A stretch of DNA of 64,000 nt, from positions 807,487 to 871,486 of the forward strand of contig NZ_DASYHL010000005.1 of NCBI RefSeq assembly GCF_035998645.1, in the 5' to 3' direction. Shown piece after piece: positions 1 through 9,463 of the stretch. The notes below the pieces were generated by a model. The model had not been told where the DNA came from. It was given only the letters and a program-made list of their open reading frames with translations, and made no database searches. The stretch comes from Sphingomonas sp. (lineage in GTDB: Bacteria > Pseudomonadota > Alphaproteobacteria > Sphingomonadales > Sphingomonadaceae). The stretch's first letter is position 1. Each line of letters begins with the position of its first letter. Made by a program: the position numbers and the translations under genes.

Positions 1-1485
1 GCGGTCGAGCGGCCGGACATCGACCGTCACCACGCCGTCCTTCGGCGAAAATTTGAGCGCGTTGGACAAGAGGTTGGCAAACACCTGCATCAGCCGGTCC
101 TCGTCCCCAAGCACTGCGGCGTTCGATGGGGGCGGGACCAGATCAATGCGCACGTCGAGTTGCCCGGCGAAACCAGAACTCTGCACCACAGCATTCTGCA
201 ACAACGTGTCGAGTCGCAACGGGCGGACATCGAACTGCATTCGCCCCGCCTCGATCTTTTCGATATCCAGAATGTCGTTGATCAAGCGGACGAGACGCGC
301 AGAATTGCTATGTGCAATCCCGACGAGCCGTGCGGCCTTCGCGGGCAACTCGCCAGCCGCACCCCCGTTGATCAGACCGAGCGAGCCCGCGATCGAGGTC
401 AGCGGTGTCCGCAGTTCGTGACTCACAGTGGCAACGAACTCGGTCTTCATCTGCTCCATCTCGCGTCGCTCGCTGATATCGCGGATGACGGCAAGATAGA
501 GGGTGACATCAGCAAGGCGGACCGGGCTAATCGACACCTCGACAGGTATTGTCGTCAGATCGGAACGGCGCGCGACGAACTCCTCGACCTGTCCGTTGGC
601 GTCCCGTCGGTTTGCCCCGAGGCGTCGCAAAAAGCTCTCGACTCGACCGCGGTCGGGCGCGACTTCGAACAATACGCCGATGTCACGGCGGAGCAGCGCG
701 TCGGGATCGTATCGAAATAGCGCAGCGGCCGCTGGATTCAGGCTCTCGATACTTCCGCTCGGGTTGATCACGATCATCCCGTCCTTGGCGCTTTCAAAGA
801 TGATCTCCTGTCGGGCCGCTGAGTCCTCGGCTCGGCGTAGCGCCGCCTGCCGCGCGGCGGTGCTGCGCTGGACCAGCCAAACCGCAAGTGCGAGCAGCAG
901 GATGAGCGTGATTTGCAGTGCGACCGTCTGCACGCGCAACCCGCCGCGAGCAGCGGCGGCAATTTCCGTCCGTTCGGCCAGGCGCGAGCGCTGAAGGCGG
1001 GAGAGTTCGGCGATATCCGCACGGATTCGGTCCATCATCCGCTTGCCTTCGCCGCCGCTGACGAGCGCGCGTGCTTCATCGCGCTGTCCCTGCGTGTACA
1101 GCGCCAGCGTGCGTTCGACGAACCGACGCTTCGCTTCCGAATCCACCTTCAGCCGCGCGAGACGCTCCCGGTCCGCGGGATCGACATCCGCAGTCGAAAG
1201 CGCATCGATCGACTGCCGCACATTCCGCTGCGCATCACGATACGGGGTTAAGAACGCCTCCTCGCCCGTAATCAGATACCCACGCTGACCCAGTTCGATG
1301 TCCTGATGAAGCGAAAGCACCCGATTGAGCGCTGCCCGCGTCTCGTAGGAGCGCTCGATCTCCACCCGCAGTCGCTCAGTTTCGTCAAATCCGCGATTTG
1401 CCAAGGTTGTGAGGATAAGAAGGATCAGCGGCACGCTCGCGGCGGCGGCGATAACCCCCATACGACCCCAGCGGATCCGGCCCAT
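1..1485 (-). CDS. CHASE3-PAS sensor histidine kinase (runs off left edge)
   Basis: Translated by hand from ATG at 1485: N-terminal TM, CHASE3-like QDIELGQRGYLITGEEAFLTPY, then HATPase N-box DRLMQVFANLLSNALKFSP near the edge. Not in the ORF track because it is truncated. Confidence 0.85.
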   Translation of the reverse strand, partial: MGRIRWGRMGVIAAAASVPLILLILTTLANRGFDETERLRVEIERSYETRAALNRVLSLHQDIELGQRGYLITGEEAFLTPYRDAQRNVRQSIDALSTADVDPADRERLARLKVDSEAKRRFVERTLALYTQGQRDEARALVSGGEGKRMMDRIRADIAELSRLQRSRLAERTEIAAAARGGLRVQTVALQITLILLLALAVWLVQRSTAARQAALRRAEDSAARQEIIFESAKDGMIVINPSGSIESLNPAAAALFRYDPDALLRRDIGVLFEVAPDRGRVESFLRRLGANRRDANGQVEEFVARRSDLTTIPVEVSISPVRLADVTLYLAVIRDISERREMEQMKTEFVATVSHELRTPLTSIAGSLGLINGGAAGELPAKAARLVGIAHSNSARLVRLINDILDIEKIEAGRMQFDVRPLRLDTLLQNAVVQSSGFAGQLDVRIDLVPPPSNAAVLGDEDRLMQVFANLLSNALKFSPKDGVVTVDVRPLDR

Positions 1486-1591
1486 AGCAACACCTCATCC
1501 GTCCATTGTCGGCCAGCGACCGACCTATCGGCGTTGCGCCTGCCTCTAGTCAATTGCCGTGCGGTGGATCGATGGAGTTCTGTCCGGCTGC

Positions 1592-2203
1592 TCAAACGAT
1601 CCGGGCGGCAGTCACCATTCGCACCAAATCCGACAAGGTTTTGGCCTGCATCTTCATCATCAAGTTGGCACGATAGACCTCGACCGTCCGTGCACTGATA
1701 CCCAAATCGAACGCAATCGCCTTGTTCGCGTCTCCCCGAACTAGCCCCTCCATCACCTCAAGCTCGCGCCCGCTCAGCGAGGCAATCCGGTCGCGCACCG
1801 CCAGACGCTCCATCCGGATCACTTCATCGCCAGCGTGGGTGGCGAGCGCCTTGCGGATCGCGGCGAGCATCATCTCATCATCGAACGGCTTCTCGATGAA
1901 ATCTGCAACTCCGGCATGCATCGCCTGAATCGCAAGCGGCACGTCGGCATGGCCAGTAATGACGATGACCGGCGTCCCGGCCCCCGCCCGCTTCATTTCC
2001 TCGACCAGCTCGATCCCGCTGCGCCCCGGCATGCGCACATCAGTGACGATACATGCTCCCGCCAGGGGCGGCGACGCAGTAAGAAAGGCATCTGCGGACA
2101 CGAACGCGCGAACGCGGATCCCGGCACAATCGAGGAGGAACTCGAGCGAGTGGCGCGCCGCTTCGTCATCGTCGATCACATAGACAATCGGGTCACGCGA
2201 CAT
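1592..2203 (-). CDS. fixJ: FixJ-family response regulator (REC + LuxR HTH)
   Basis: [47 protein letters not shown]; directly downstream of fixL. Confidence 0.9.
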   Translation of the reverse strand: MSRDPIVYVIDDDEAARHSLEFLLDCAGIRVRAFVSADAFLTASPPLAGACIVTDVRMPGRSGIELVEEMKRAGAGTPVIVITGHADVPLAIQAMHAGVADFIEKPFDDEMMLAAIRKALATHAGDEVIRMERLAVRDRIASLSGRELEVMEGLVRGDANKAIAFDLGISARTVEVYRANLMMKMQAKTLSDLVRMVTAARIV

Positions 2204-3782
2204 CGTACACCTCCTCCCGGCCAATGCGCCTCAACGTCAGCCCGAATACCGCGCCGCCGCCGGGACGTGCGCCAGACCAGATATGCCCCCCGTGTGCCTC
2301 GACGATCGTGCGTGAGATCGACAGGCCAACACCCATGCCCGTGCGCTTCGTCGTGACGAAGGGCTGGAACAGGCGTTCCGCGACCTCGGGGTCTATGCCA
2401 GGACCGGTGTCCTCCACCGTGACCTCGGCCATGTTGTCGTCTAACGGCCGGATTGCGATGGTCAGTTCGCGCCGTGTTCCATCGCTCTGTGTCATTGCGT
2501 CGATTGCATTCCGGATCAGGTTCAACAAGACTTGCTGGATCTGGACCTTGTCGGCAAGAACGAGATCGACCGTCGGGTTGAAGGCGAACACCACGCGGAT
2601 CCCGGCCTCTTTTACCCCAACCAGCGCCAGCGCGCTCGCTTCCTCGACCAGCTTGGGAAGGTTCTCTACCCCGCGTTCGGTTTCGCCGCGCGCGACAAAC
2701 TCGCGCAACCGGCGAATGATATCACCGGCGCGCAGCGCCTGTTCCCCCGCGCGCTTCACTGCGTCCCGGACGCGCTCTAGCGGCACATTCTCGCGATCTA
2801 GCAGCAGCGTGCTGCCCTTGAGATAATTTGCGATCGCCGAAAGCGGCTGATTCAGCTCATGGGCGAGTGCCGACGCCATTTCTCCCAGCGCAGTCAACCG
2901 CGACACGTGCACCAACTCGCTCTGCAGTTCCTGGAGACGCGCCTCCGCCTGCTGCCGTTCGGTCAAGTCGCGGATGAAACCTGTGAAATGGCGCTGACTG
3001 CCCACACGCATCTCACCCACCGCCAGCTCCAGCGGGAATGTCGACCCGTCCCGACGCTCGCCGACAACCACGCGCCCTTTGCCGATGATCCGCTTCTCGC
3101 CCGTGTCATAGTAGCGCTGGAGATAACCAGCATGTGCGGTGCGGTACGGGTCCGGCATCAACAGATCTACCTTACGACCTAGCACCTCGTTCGCGTCCCA
3201 TCCGAACATGCGCTCCGCAGCCGGGCTGAAGTCGCGGATCAAGCCGCCTTCGTCGATCACCACAATCGCGTCGGGCACGGTGTCCAGCAGTGATCGCAGA
3301 TGCGCCTCGCGCTGCGCCAGACCTAGGGTCACCCGCTCGGCGTCGGCCCGCGCGCGCTGGAACCATTCGCCGCCCAATGCGATCGCCCCACCGATTACGA
3401 CAAAGGCACCCGACGCAATCCCGCTGCCCGCAGCGATCGGCCCGCTCAGCCAGTCACACCACAGGCCCACCGCCGCACCCGCGAGGCTGGCCAAGATCCC
3501 CGCGCGCAAGCCGCCAAGCGCGCTCGCAAGCACCACGGCAGGGACGAAGAAGATATAGGTCGCGCGCTGCCCCAGATGCTCGGCAAAGCCAATCCGCACC
3601 CCGGCACCCACAGCGACTGCGAGCGCGGCGAGTACCAACGTCACCGCAAGCGGTGGCGAAGGAAGGATCGTGTGGCGCAGGGACAGACGCGGCTGGGTCA
3701 CCGGCCCCTCATGCCCGGTCGCGCCCCCGAAGACCACCTCCGGTAAGGCCCTTAGGGTCATGATCTGAATTTCGGCCATCAC
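2193..3782 (-). CDS. fixL: FixL-family heme-PAS sensor histidine kinase with N-terminal TM region (true start may be downstream of 3782)
   Basis: [31 protein letters not shown]-box [29 protein letters not shown]. Confidence 0.9.
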   Translation of the reverse strand: MMAEIQIMTLRALPEVVFGGATGHEGPVTQPRLSLRHTILPSPPLAVTLVLAALAVAVGAGVRIGFAEHLGQRATYIFFVPAVVLASALGGLRAGILASLAGAAVGLWCDWLSGPIAAGSGIASGAFVVIGGAIALGGEWFQRARADAERVTLGLAQREAHLRSLLDTVPDAIVVIDEGGLIRDFSPAAERMFGWDANEVLGRKVDLLMPDPYRTAHAGYLQRYYDTGEKRIIGKGRVVVGERRDGSTFPLELAVGEMRVGSQRHFTGFIRDLTERQQAEARLQELQSELVHVSRLTALGEMASALAHELNQPLSAIANYLKGSTLLLDRENVPLERVRDAVKRAGEQALRAGDIIRRLREFVARGETERGVENLPKLVEEASALALVGVKEAGIRVVFAFNPTVDLVLADKVQIQQVLLNLIRNAIDAMTQSDGTRRELTIAIRPLDDNMAEVTVEDTGPGIDPEVAERLFQPFVTTKRTGMGVGLSISRTIVEAHGGHIWSGARPGGGAVFGLTLRRIGREEVYDVA

Positions 3783-3834
3783 CGGATCGGCCTAGCTCGG
3801 CACCACATCTTCAGCCGATTTCACGGAGACCCAA

Positions 3835-4524
3835 ATGACCCCGCCGTTCATCGACCTTGGCGTCCACCACCAGCCCACGGGCCTGTCCGACCGGATCGCC
3901 TACGGCTTTACGAAATTGCTGCGCTGGACCGCCGACACGTTCTTCGCTGAGCGCTACGGACATCGCGCCGTAGTCCTCGAAACCGTTGCGGCGGTTCCCG
4001 GGATGGTTGGCGCGACGATCACCCACCTCGCCTGCCTGCGCCGCATCTGCGACGACAAGGGGTGGATCAAGACCCTCATGGACGAGGCCGAAAACGAGCG
4101 GATGCACCTGATGACGTTCATCGAGATCTCCAAGCCGACCTGGTTCGAGCGTGCGGTAATCATTGGCGTCCAATGGGTCTTCTATCTATTCTTCTTCGCG
4201 CTCTACCTCGTCAGTTCCAAGACTGCGCACCGGGTGGTGGGCTATTTTGAAGAAGAGGCGGTGATCAGCTACACGCACTACCTCGCCGAGATCGACGAGG
4301 GACGCAGCGCGAATGTCGCCGCGCCGGAAATCGCCAAGCGCTACTGGAACCTGCCCGAGGACGCGATGCTGCGTGATGTGGTGCTGGTCGTCCGCGCCGA
4401 CGAGGCGCACCATCGCGACGTCAATCACGGCTTCGCGAACACGCTTGCCGGACTCCCCAGCGGCCCGATTGCTGACTGCCCGCCGCATGTGGCGCTTGAG
4501 CCGATCTGGAAGAACGTGGCCTGA
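3835..4524 (+). CDS. aox: Alternative oxidase (ubiquinol oxidase, di-iron)
   Basis: LETVAAVPGMVG, EAENERMHL, FEEEAV and ADEAHHRDVNH di-iron motifs. Confidence 0.95.
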   Translation: MTPPFIDLGVHHQPTGLSDRIAYGFTKLLRWTADTFFAERYGHRAVVLETVAAVPGMVGATITHLACLRRICDDKGWIKTLMDEAENERMHLMTFIEISKPTWFERAVIIGVQWVFYLFFFALYLVSSKTAHRVVGYFEEEAVISYTHYLAEIDEGRSANVAAPEIAKRYWNLPEDAMLRDVVLVVRADEAHHRDVNHGFANTLAGLPSGPIADCPPHVALEPIWKNVA

Positions 4525-4575
4525 AGTTCCCGGGCGTAACGGATGCCGCGCCCCACCCTTTCACTGGAGTAGATC

Positions 4576-5025
4576 ATGCGTACTGTCTCGTCGGAAACCA
4601 TGGCCATCGTCAAAGCAACTGCGCCCGCACTGGAGAAGCATGGCGTCGCAATCACCACAGCGATGTACCGCCGCCTTTTTGAGAACTCCGAGATCGAAGC
4701 GATGTTCGATCGCGCCGCGCAACAGAGCGGTGAGCAGCCGCGGCGGCTGGCAGGCGCGATCCTCGCCTACGCCAAGAATATCGACCGATTGCAGAATCTG
4801 GGGGCGGCTGTCGACCGGATGGTGCTTCGCCACGTCCAGACCGGCGTGAAGCCTGAACATTACCCCTATGTTGCAGCAGCGCTGCTTCCCGCCATCCGCG
4901 AGATCCTTGGAGAAGATGTCGCTACCGACGCAGTGCTGGCCGCATGGGGCGAAGCCTATTGGATGCTCGCCGAGATCCTGATTGCCGCAGAGGCAAACGC
5001 CTATGAAGACGCCGCCGCCGGGTGA
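4576..5025 (+). CDS. Single-domain bacterial globin (Vitreoscilla/flavohemoglobin N-domain type)
   Basis: ITTAMYRRLFE, QPRRLAGAILAYA, RHVQTGVKPEHYPYV, AWGEAY. Confidence 0.9.
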   Translation: MRTVSSETMAIVKATAPALEKHGVAITTAMYRRLFENSEIEAMFDRAAQQSGEQPRRLAGAILAYAKNIDRLQNLGAAVDRMVLRHVQTGVKPEHYPYVAAALLPAIREILGEDVATDAVLAAWGEAYWMLAEILIAAEANAYEDAAAG

Positions 5026-5148
5026 TAAAATTGGCGGCTTTCGGGAAGGCGAGGTGGGATGGGAATAGCGGGAATTGGGGCGCTTTGCCGACTGGCTGGC
5101 TTTTGTAATAGCGGACAGGCCGCTCATGGGCCGGGAGTAGACCGTTGG

Positions 5149-5161
5149 CTTTGAGGCGCAA
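5149..5161. repeat. Copy of a short intergenic repeat core (CTTTGAGGCGCAA)
   Basis: Exact reverse complement at 15708-15720; TTGAGGCGCA again at 41358-41367. Confidence 0.5.
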
Positions 5162-5536
5162 CAGCCCCCAAATGGTCACCTAGGCTTGCTTCGCCAACGG
5201 CCACCCCCAAGTCCCCCCATCCTGTCACTCTCTGGAGATAGCCCACGGAATCGTATCCTGCGAAAAATTCGGCACCTCGGTTCTCAACGGAGGCAACAAG
5301 AGCCATCCCCCTGTTCGCACCGGTCAATACGCATATGCTCGAAATGGCCGTGGTGTAGGATGCGCTAGCTGCGACTAGTGCGAAAGGCTGCTAAGTTGAC
5401 GGGTATCACCCCCTGAGTTCGCCGGTGACTGCGCTGTATTCCAGCCCGAAAACCGCCTCTTCTTGACGATCGAAGGTTTGCATGACCAACTGATCGGGCA
5501 AGGCGACTGTAAGTTCGTCAGCGCAGGGAGTTCGCC

Positions 5537-6409
5537 ATGTTGCCATCCCGTCAAACTGCCATCTCGTTCCATCGCATCCGCGCTGTTCAGCAGGCGCGCG
5601 ATCTGCTCATGATCGCAGTTACGGGATTGGCGGTGAGTGGTTGCATGTCGACGGAGCCAGCAGCCGCACCGGGACGGACTTGGGCATATTCGCCTTATGC
5701 TTCAGGTAGCCAGTCCAATCCAATAGCGATTGAAGTTCCGGACTCCGCGCTGTCAGGCGCAGCCCCTTCTGGTCCCAAAACACAGCCCCAGCAAAGTGGT
5801 CCCATATTGGCCGAGCGGCAATTCGAGACCAACCTCGAGTTATTCCAGATCCTTCCGCTCGTCATCGAGCATTTGCAAATGGAAGCCTTGCCGGGAGGCG
5901 CGGCCAAGCTTGCCGCCTTCATCCAGGCAGCCAGGAACACTGCCGAGGTGTCCAACCCATCGTTTCCAAGCCAAGTGGTGGTATCGACACGCGCATGTGG
6001 TCGCGCAGATGGCGCATTACGCCAATGGGCGGAGACCCGGTTCTGCAACGCGGGGTTGACCCGCTACGATGAACTTCGCATCGAGACCTTTGCGAGCTGG
6101 CGCCCTACAACAAATGTTCCCTGTTCCGATTGTGTAACACAATACACGAAGCGGCTGAACGCGTTGACGATAGACACGTTGACGGCACCCCTTGGTTCAA
6201 TCGGTTATACGGGCCGCGGGGTCATCGAGGGCGGACGTGGAGGCCCGTTCCCCTCACCCCTTGTCCATAGCGGCTTTGTCCGCGGACCTGCAGCGCCTCT
6301 GCTGGCTGCAAGCCATCGTCCGCTGGCAGATATGGCGGGCAAGCCGCTCGAGCTTCCGCCGGCCGTCTTCCAGCTGCAAATCTACTTTCCCGCAAGCGCA
6401 GAAAATTGA
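5537..6409 (+). CDS. Hypothetical protein, possible lipoprotein
   Basis: 290-codon ORF; lipobox-like LAVSGC after a hydrophobic stretch; no family recognised. Confidence 0.35.
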   Translation: MLPSRQTAISFHRIRAVQQARDLLMIAVTGLAVSGCMSTEPAAAPGRTWAYSPYASGSQSNPIAIEVPDSALSGAAPSGPKTQPQQSGPILAERQFETNLELFQILPLVIEHLQMEALPGGAAKLAAFIQAARNTAEVSNPSFPSQVVVSTRACGRADGALRQWAETRFCNAGLTRYDELRIETFASWRPTTNVPCSDCVTQYTKRLNALTIDTLTAPLGSIGYTGRGVIEGGRGGPFPSPLVHSGFVRGPAAPLLAASHRPLADMAGKPLELPPAVFQLQIYFPASAEN

Positions 6410-6643
6410 TGATTGGGTTCCAGCCAAACTCCGACCCTCACCTGCAGGAACGGCGATGATGGCCCCAAAGCGCCGCGGCGGGACGAACGGTCGCGTCTGG
6501 GTGCGTGTGCCGGGGTGTTGAGCCACCGAATCTCGGGCGCAGGCTGTCGGCGGAGCCATCAGGTGATCTGGCAGCAGCTTACGGCGCCCCTGCCGGCTTG
6601 GGTTCGGCTCGATACTGCGTGCAGATAACTGACGGGGAAAAAG

Positions 6644-6946
6644 TTGATGTTCAGCTCGAGTGTGACGGCAGCGGTCTTCATGTCAACCGCGCCGATTTCT
6701 TCAGCCACGCCGTTCCAGCAACAGGCGAGTTGCTGGATCAACCATGTCGTCGCCACCAAGAATGGTGTTCGGGTATATTTTCGTCGGAAAGGAGGTCCGC
6801 TTTTCGTGAATCTGGCCGATCGTGTTTTCATACCAGCCGCTGCGCCGGTTGATCCGGCGCGACCGGAGGATGCGGCGGTGGAGGTGATTTTAGGAGATCG
6901 GTCAACCGAAGCGGACAAATTGGCCTTGAGGCTGAAGAATCTTTGA
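6644..6946 (+). CDS. Hypothetical protein
   Basis: 100-codon ORF with ordinary globular composition; no motif recognised. Confidence 0.25.
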   Translation: MMFSSSVTAAVFMSTAPISSATPFQQQASCWINHVVATKNGVRVYFRRKGGPLFVNLADRVFIPAAAPVDPARPEDAAVEVILGDRSTEADKLALRLKNL

Positions 6947-7238
6947 GCCTGCCGGGGCTGCCACCATCGTCGAAACGCTTCATCCCAGCCAGTCACTGAG
7001 CGCCACGATTCCACCTATCAGCGGCGGAACCCCAAACACTTTTACGAATGGCTGCCTTGGGGAGCTTCAACCGACTGCACAAAGACCGACAGTGGTGCGC
7101 CTAGCGGCCATCGCTGCTGGATTTTCCCGGGAACAAATGTCGCTCGTGCGGCCAACCAGAGTCCAAACCCCGATCCCTCGCCCGCGCTTAGTTCAGGAAG
7201 CTGATTGCGGTCCGCACGAAGTCCGATAGACAAGGGCT

Positions 7239-8150
7239 ATGTTCCGGACCCCGATCCTCGCGCTCACCCTGTTCGCCTTGGCCAGCGGCTGCGCCGACGA
7301 GCGGCAGGCGGATGTATCGCGCCCTGCGTCGGCACCGCTCAAGATCACCAGCTGGAACCTCGAGCATCTCGCCGAGCGCAACGGCCAAGGCTGCCGTCCC
7401 CGCACCGATGCCGACTATGCCGAGCTGCGCCGTCATGCCGATGCGCTTGGCGCCGATGTGATCGCGCTCCAGGAGGTCGAGAGCAAGGCTGCAGCCGAAC
7501 GGGTCTTCGATCCGGCCCGCTATGATGTGGTGATGTCAGCGCGCCCACAAAGCCGCCGCGGTGGCAGCTGCTATGGCAAACCGGGACAGAGCATCGGCCA
7601 CCAGGCCGTCGGGTTTGCGATCCGCAAAGGGGTTTCCTGGACCCGCAACGACGATCTGTCGGCGTTGGCGCTCGGCAACCCGGACCTGCGCTGGGGTGTC
7701 GATGTCACGATCGCGGGACGCCGCCCGATGCGTCTCCTTGCCGTTCACCTCAAGTCGGGCTGCAATTCAGGGCGTACGCCGAGCGACGCCGACTGTCCGG
7801 TTCTGTTCGATCAGCTGCCCGTGCTCGAACGCTGGATCGACGGGCGCGCCGCCGCCGGCGAGAGCTTCGCGGTTCTTGGTGACTGGAACCGTCGGATCGC
7901 CGCAAGCAGCGACGCTTTCTATGCCGAAATCGATGACAATGCCCCCGCCGGCGCTGATCTGACGATCGCTTCGGGCAACCAGGCCGCCAGCTGCAAGGCG
8001 CGCTATCGCGAGTTCATCGATCATATCGTGTTGGGCGCGAAAGCCACCGCCCGCACGGTCCCGGGCTCGTTTGAAGAATATCGCTATGACCTGCCCGAGG
8101 ATCGGCATCCCTCGGACCACTGCCCGATCTCGATCAAGGTCGCGCCATAA
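7239..8150 (+). CDS. Endonuclease/exonuclease/phosphatase (EEP) family lipoprotein
   Basis: Lipobox LASGC; SWNLE, ALQEV, LGDWN, IDHI and SDHCP catalytic motifs. Confidence 0.9.
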   Translation: MFRTPILALTLFALASGCADERQADVSRPASAPLKITSWNLEHLAERNGQGCRPRTDADYAELRRHADALGADVIALQEVESKAAAERVFDPARYDVVMSARPQSRRGGSCYGKPGQSIGHQAVGFAIRKGVSWTRNDDLSALALGNPDLRWGVDVTIAGRRPMRLLAVHLKSGCNSGRTPSDADCPVLFDQLPVLERWIDGRAAAGESFAVLGDWNRRIAASSDAFYAEIDDNAPAGADLTIASGNQAASCKARYREFIDHIVLGAKATARTVPGSFEEYRYDLPEDRHPSDHCPISIKVAP

Positions 8151-8395
8151 CGCAGCGCTCCGATCCACCGGCCTGCGTCGGCCGCGTGGGAACGCTCAGG
8201 ACAGCAGCCAGCGGATGCCGCTCCAGATCCCTGCAACCGCCGACGCGCCGACAAGCAGCGCCAGCAGGACGGCCTCGATCATTCCGCCCGTGGAGAACTT
8301 GTCGCGCTTGCGGGCCATGAGCGCAAAACAACCACAGCGAACGGAGGGCGGCCAGCGGAATCGACTCCGGGCCGGTTCGCTGGCACCCTCCGCAT

Positions 8396-9079
8396 ATGTG
8401 CAACCGTTTCCATCAGTCGGAGAAGGTGGTCCACCATCTGGCCGAGTGTGGCGTGATCGTCGACGTCGACATTACCGACCGCCCCCGCCAGATCTTTCCG
8501 ACCGGCAAAAAGACGCCCCGCTTTGGCCTGGTCGTGAAGCGCCAGAGTGCCGGCAATCAGCCGCTCGTTGCCGCCATGCAGGAATGGGGCTTCCCGACCA
8601 CGATCAAGGGCGCCAAGGGTCAGCCGCTTCAGAAGTACGTGACCAACGCGCGCAACCTCGACAGCAGCTTCTGGCGCGCGAGCCTCACCAATCCCGAGCA
8701 GCGCTGCCTGGTCCCGTTCACGCATTTTGCCGAGCCGCATCCCGACGGGGGCAAGGGCGACGATGGCATGCCCAAACAAGCGTGGTTCAGCCTGCCCGAT
8801 CAACCCGTCGCGATGTTTGCGGGACTGTGGCGCCAGACCGAGCGCGGGCCTGCCTTTGCCTTCGCGACGTGCGAGCCGAACGCGATCGTCGGCCCGATCC
8901 ACCCCAAGGCGATGCCCGCGATCCTCACGCCCGCCGAATGGCTGGACTGGCTGAGCGCCGACGCGGGCACCGCAAAGGCACTGGTGCGCCCGTATGACGG
9001 ACCGATGGCGATGCAGGTCGAAACCCCGTTCCTCCCCGGGGAGAGCGCCCAGGACGCGCGCCCCGCTCTGCTGCTATGA
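8396..9079 (+). CDS. SOS response-associated peptidase (SRAP/HMCES/YedK, abasic-site protection)
   Basis: N-terminal MCNRF (catalytic Cys2), TNAR, CLVPFTHFAE, HPKAMPAIL. Confidence 0.9.
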   Translation: MCNRFHQSEKVVHHLAECGVIVDVDITDRPRQIFPTGKKTPRFGLVVKRQSAGNQPLVAAMQEWGFPTTIKGAKGQPLQKYVTNARNLDSSFWRASLTNPEQRCLVPFTHFAEPHPDGGKGDDGMPKQAWFSLPDQPVAMFAGLWRQTERGPAFAFATCEPNAIVGPIHPKAMPAILTPAEWLDWLSADAGTAKALVRPYDGPMAMQVETPFLPGESAQDARPALLL

Positions 9080-9228
9080 CGCCCGACCAGGAGCGATGGG
9101 CCGAGGCGCTCGCGGTCGAGCGATTGCATGGCGCGCTGGCGCTCGCCGGCGATTCGGCAGGCGTCGCGCGGTTCAGGCAGATCGCCGCCAAACTTGAATC
9201 GATCCAGCGCGCGTCTCGCGACGGGTGA
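9076..9228 (+). CDS. Small DUF6961-like protein (50 aa, possibly internally deleted)
   Basis: ATGA overlap with the SRAP stop; MTPDQERWAEALAVERLHGALALAGDSAGVARFRQIAAKL resembles sphingomonad DUF6961 proteins as I recall them. Confidence 0.5.
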   Translation: MTPDQERWAEALAVERLHGALALAGDSAGVARFRQIAAKLESIQRASRDG

Positions 9229-9463
9229 TCCTTCCACCAAAGTCACCGCCGCTTTGGCCGGTTCGACATCGGTCGGGGAGCCCGCGTCCGCTCGGACGCA
9301 GGCGGGACACACGTCGCGCCCTTTTGAGGGCCATCGCCAGCGTGGCTGGCGCATCTTGGGGAGCCGCAGCGCAAGCCCCCCCCGCGCTATCAAGCGCGCA
9401 GCGGAATTCGAGCTCAACCGACCCGCGTCGAGCGACCGAGGCGCGCCGCCACGCCTCCGTCCT

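Noticed and set aside
3600-3835. FNR/FixK box upstream of aox
   Set aside because: No TTGAT-N4-ATCAA match found.
8134-8403. Small ORFs between the EEP and SRAP genes
   Set aside because: Overlapping frames with no recognisable protein; no LexA box found upstream of SRAP despite its SOS association.
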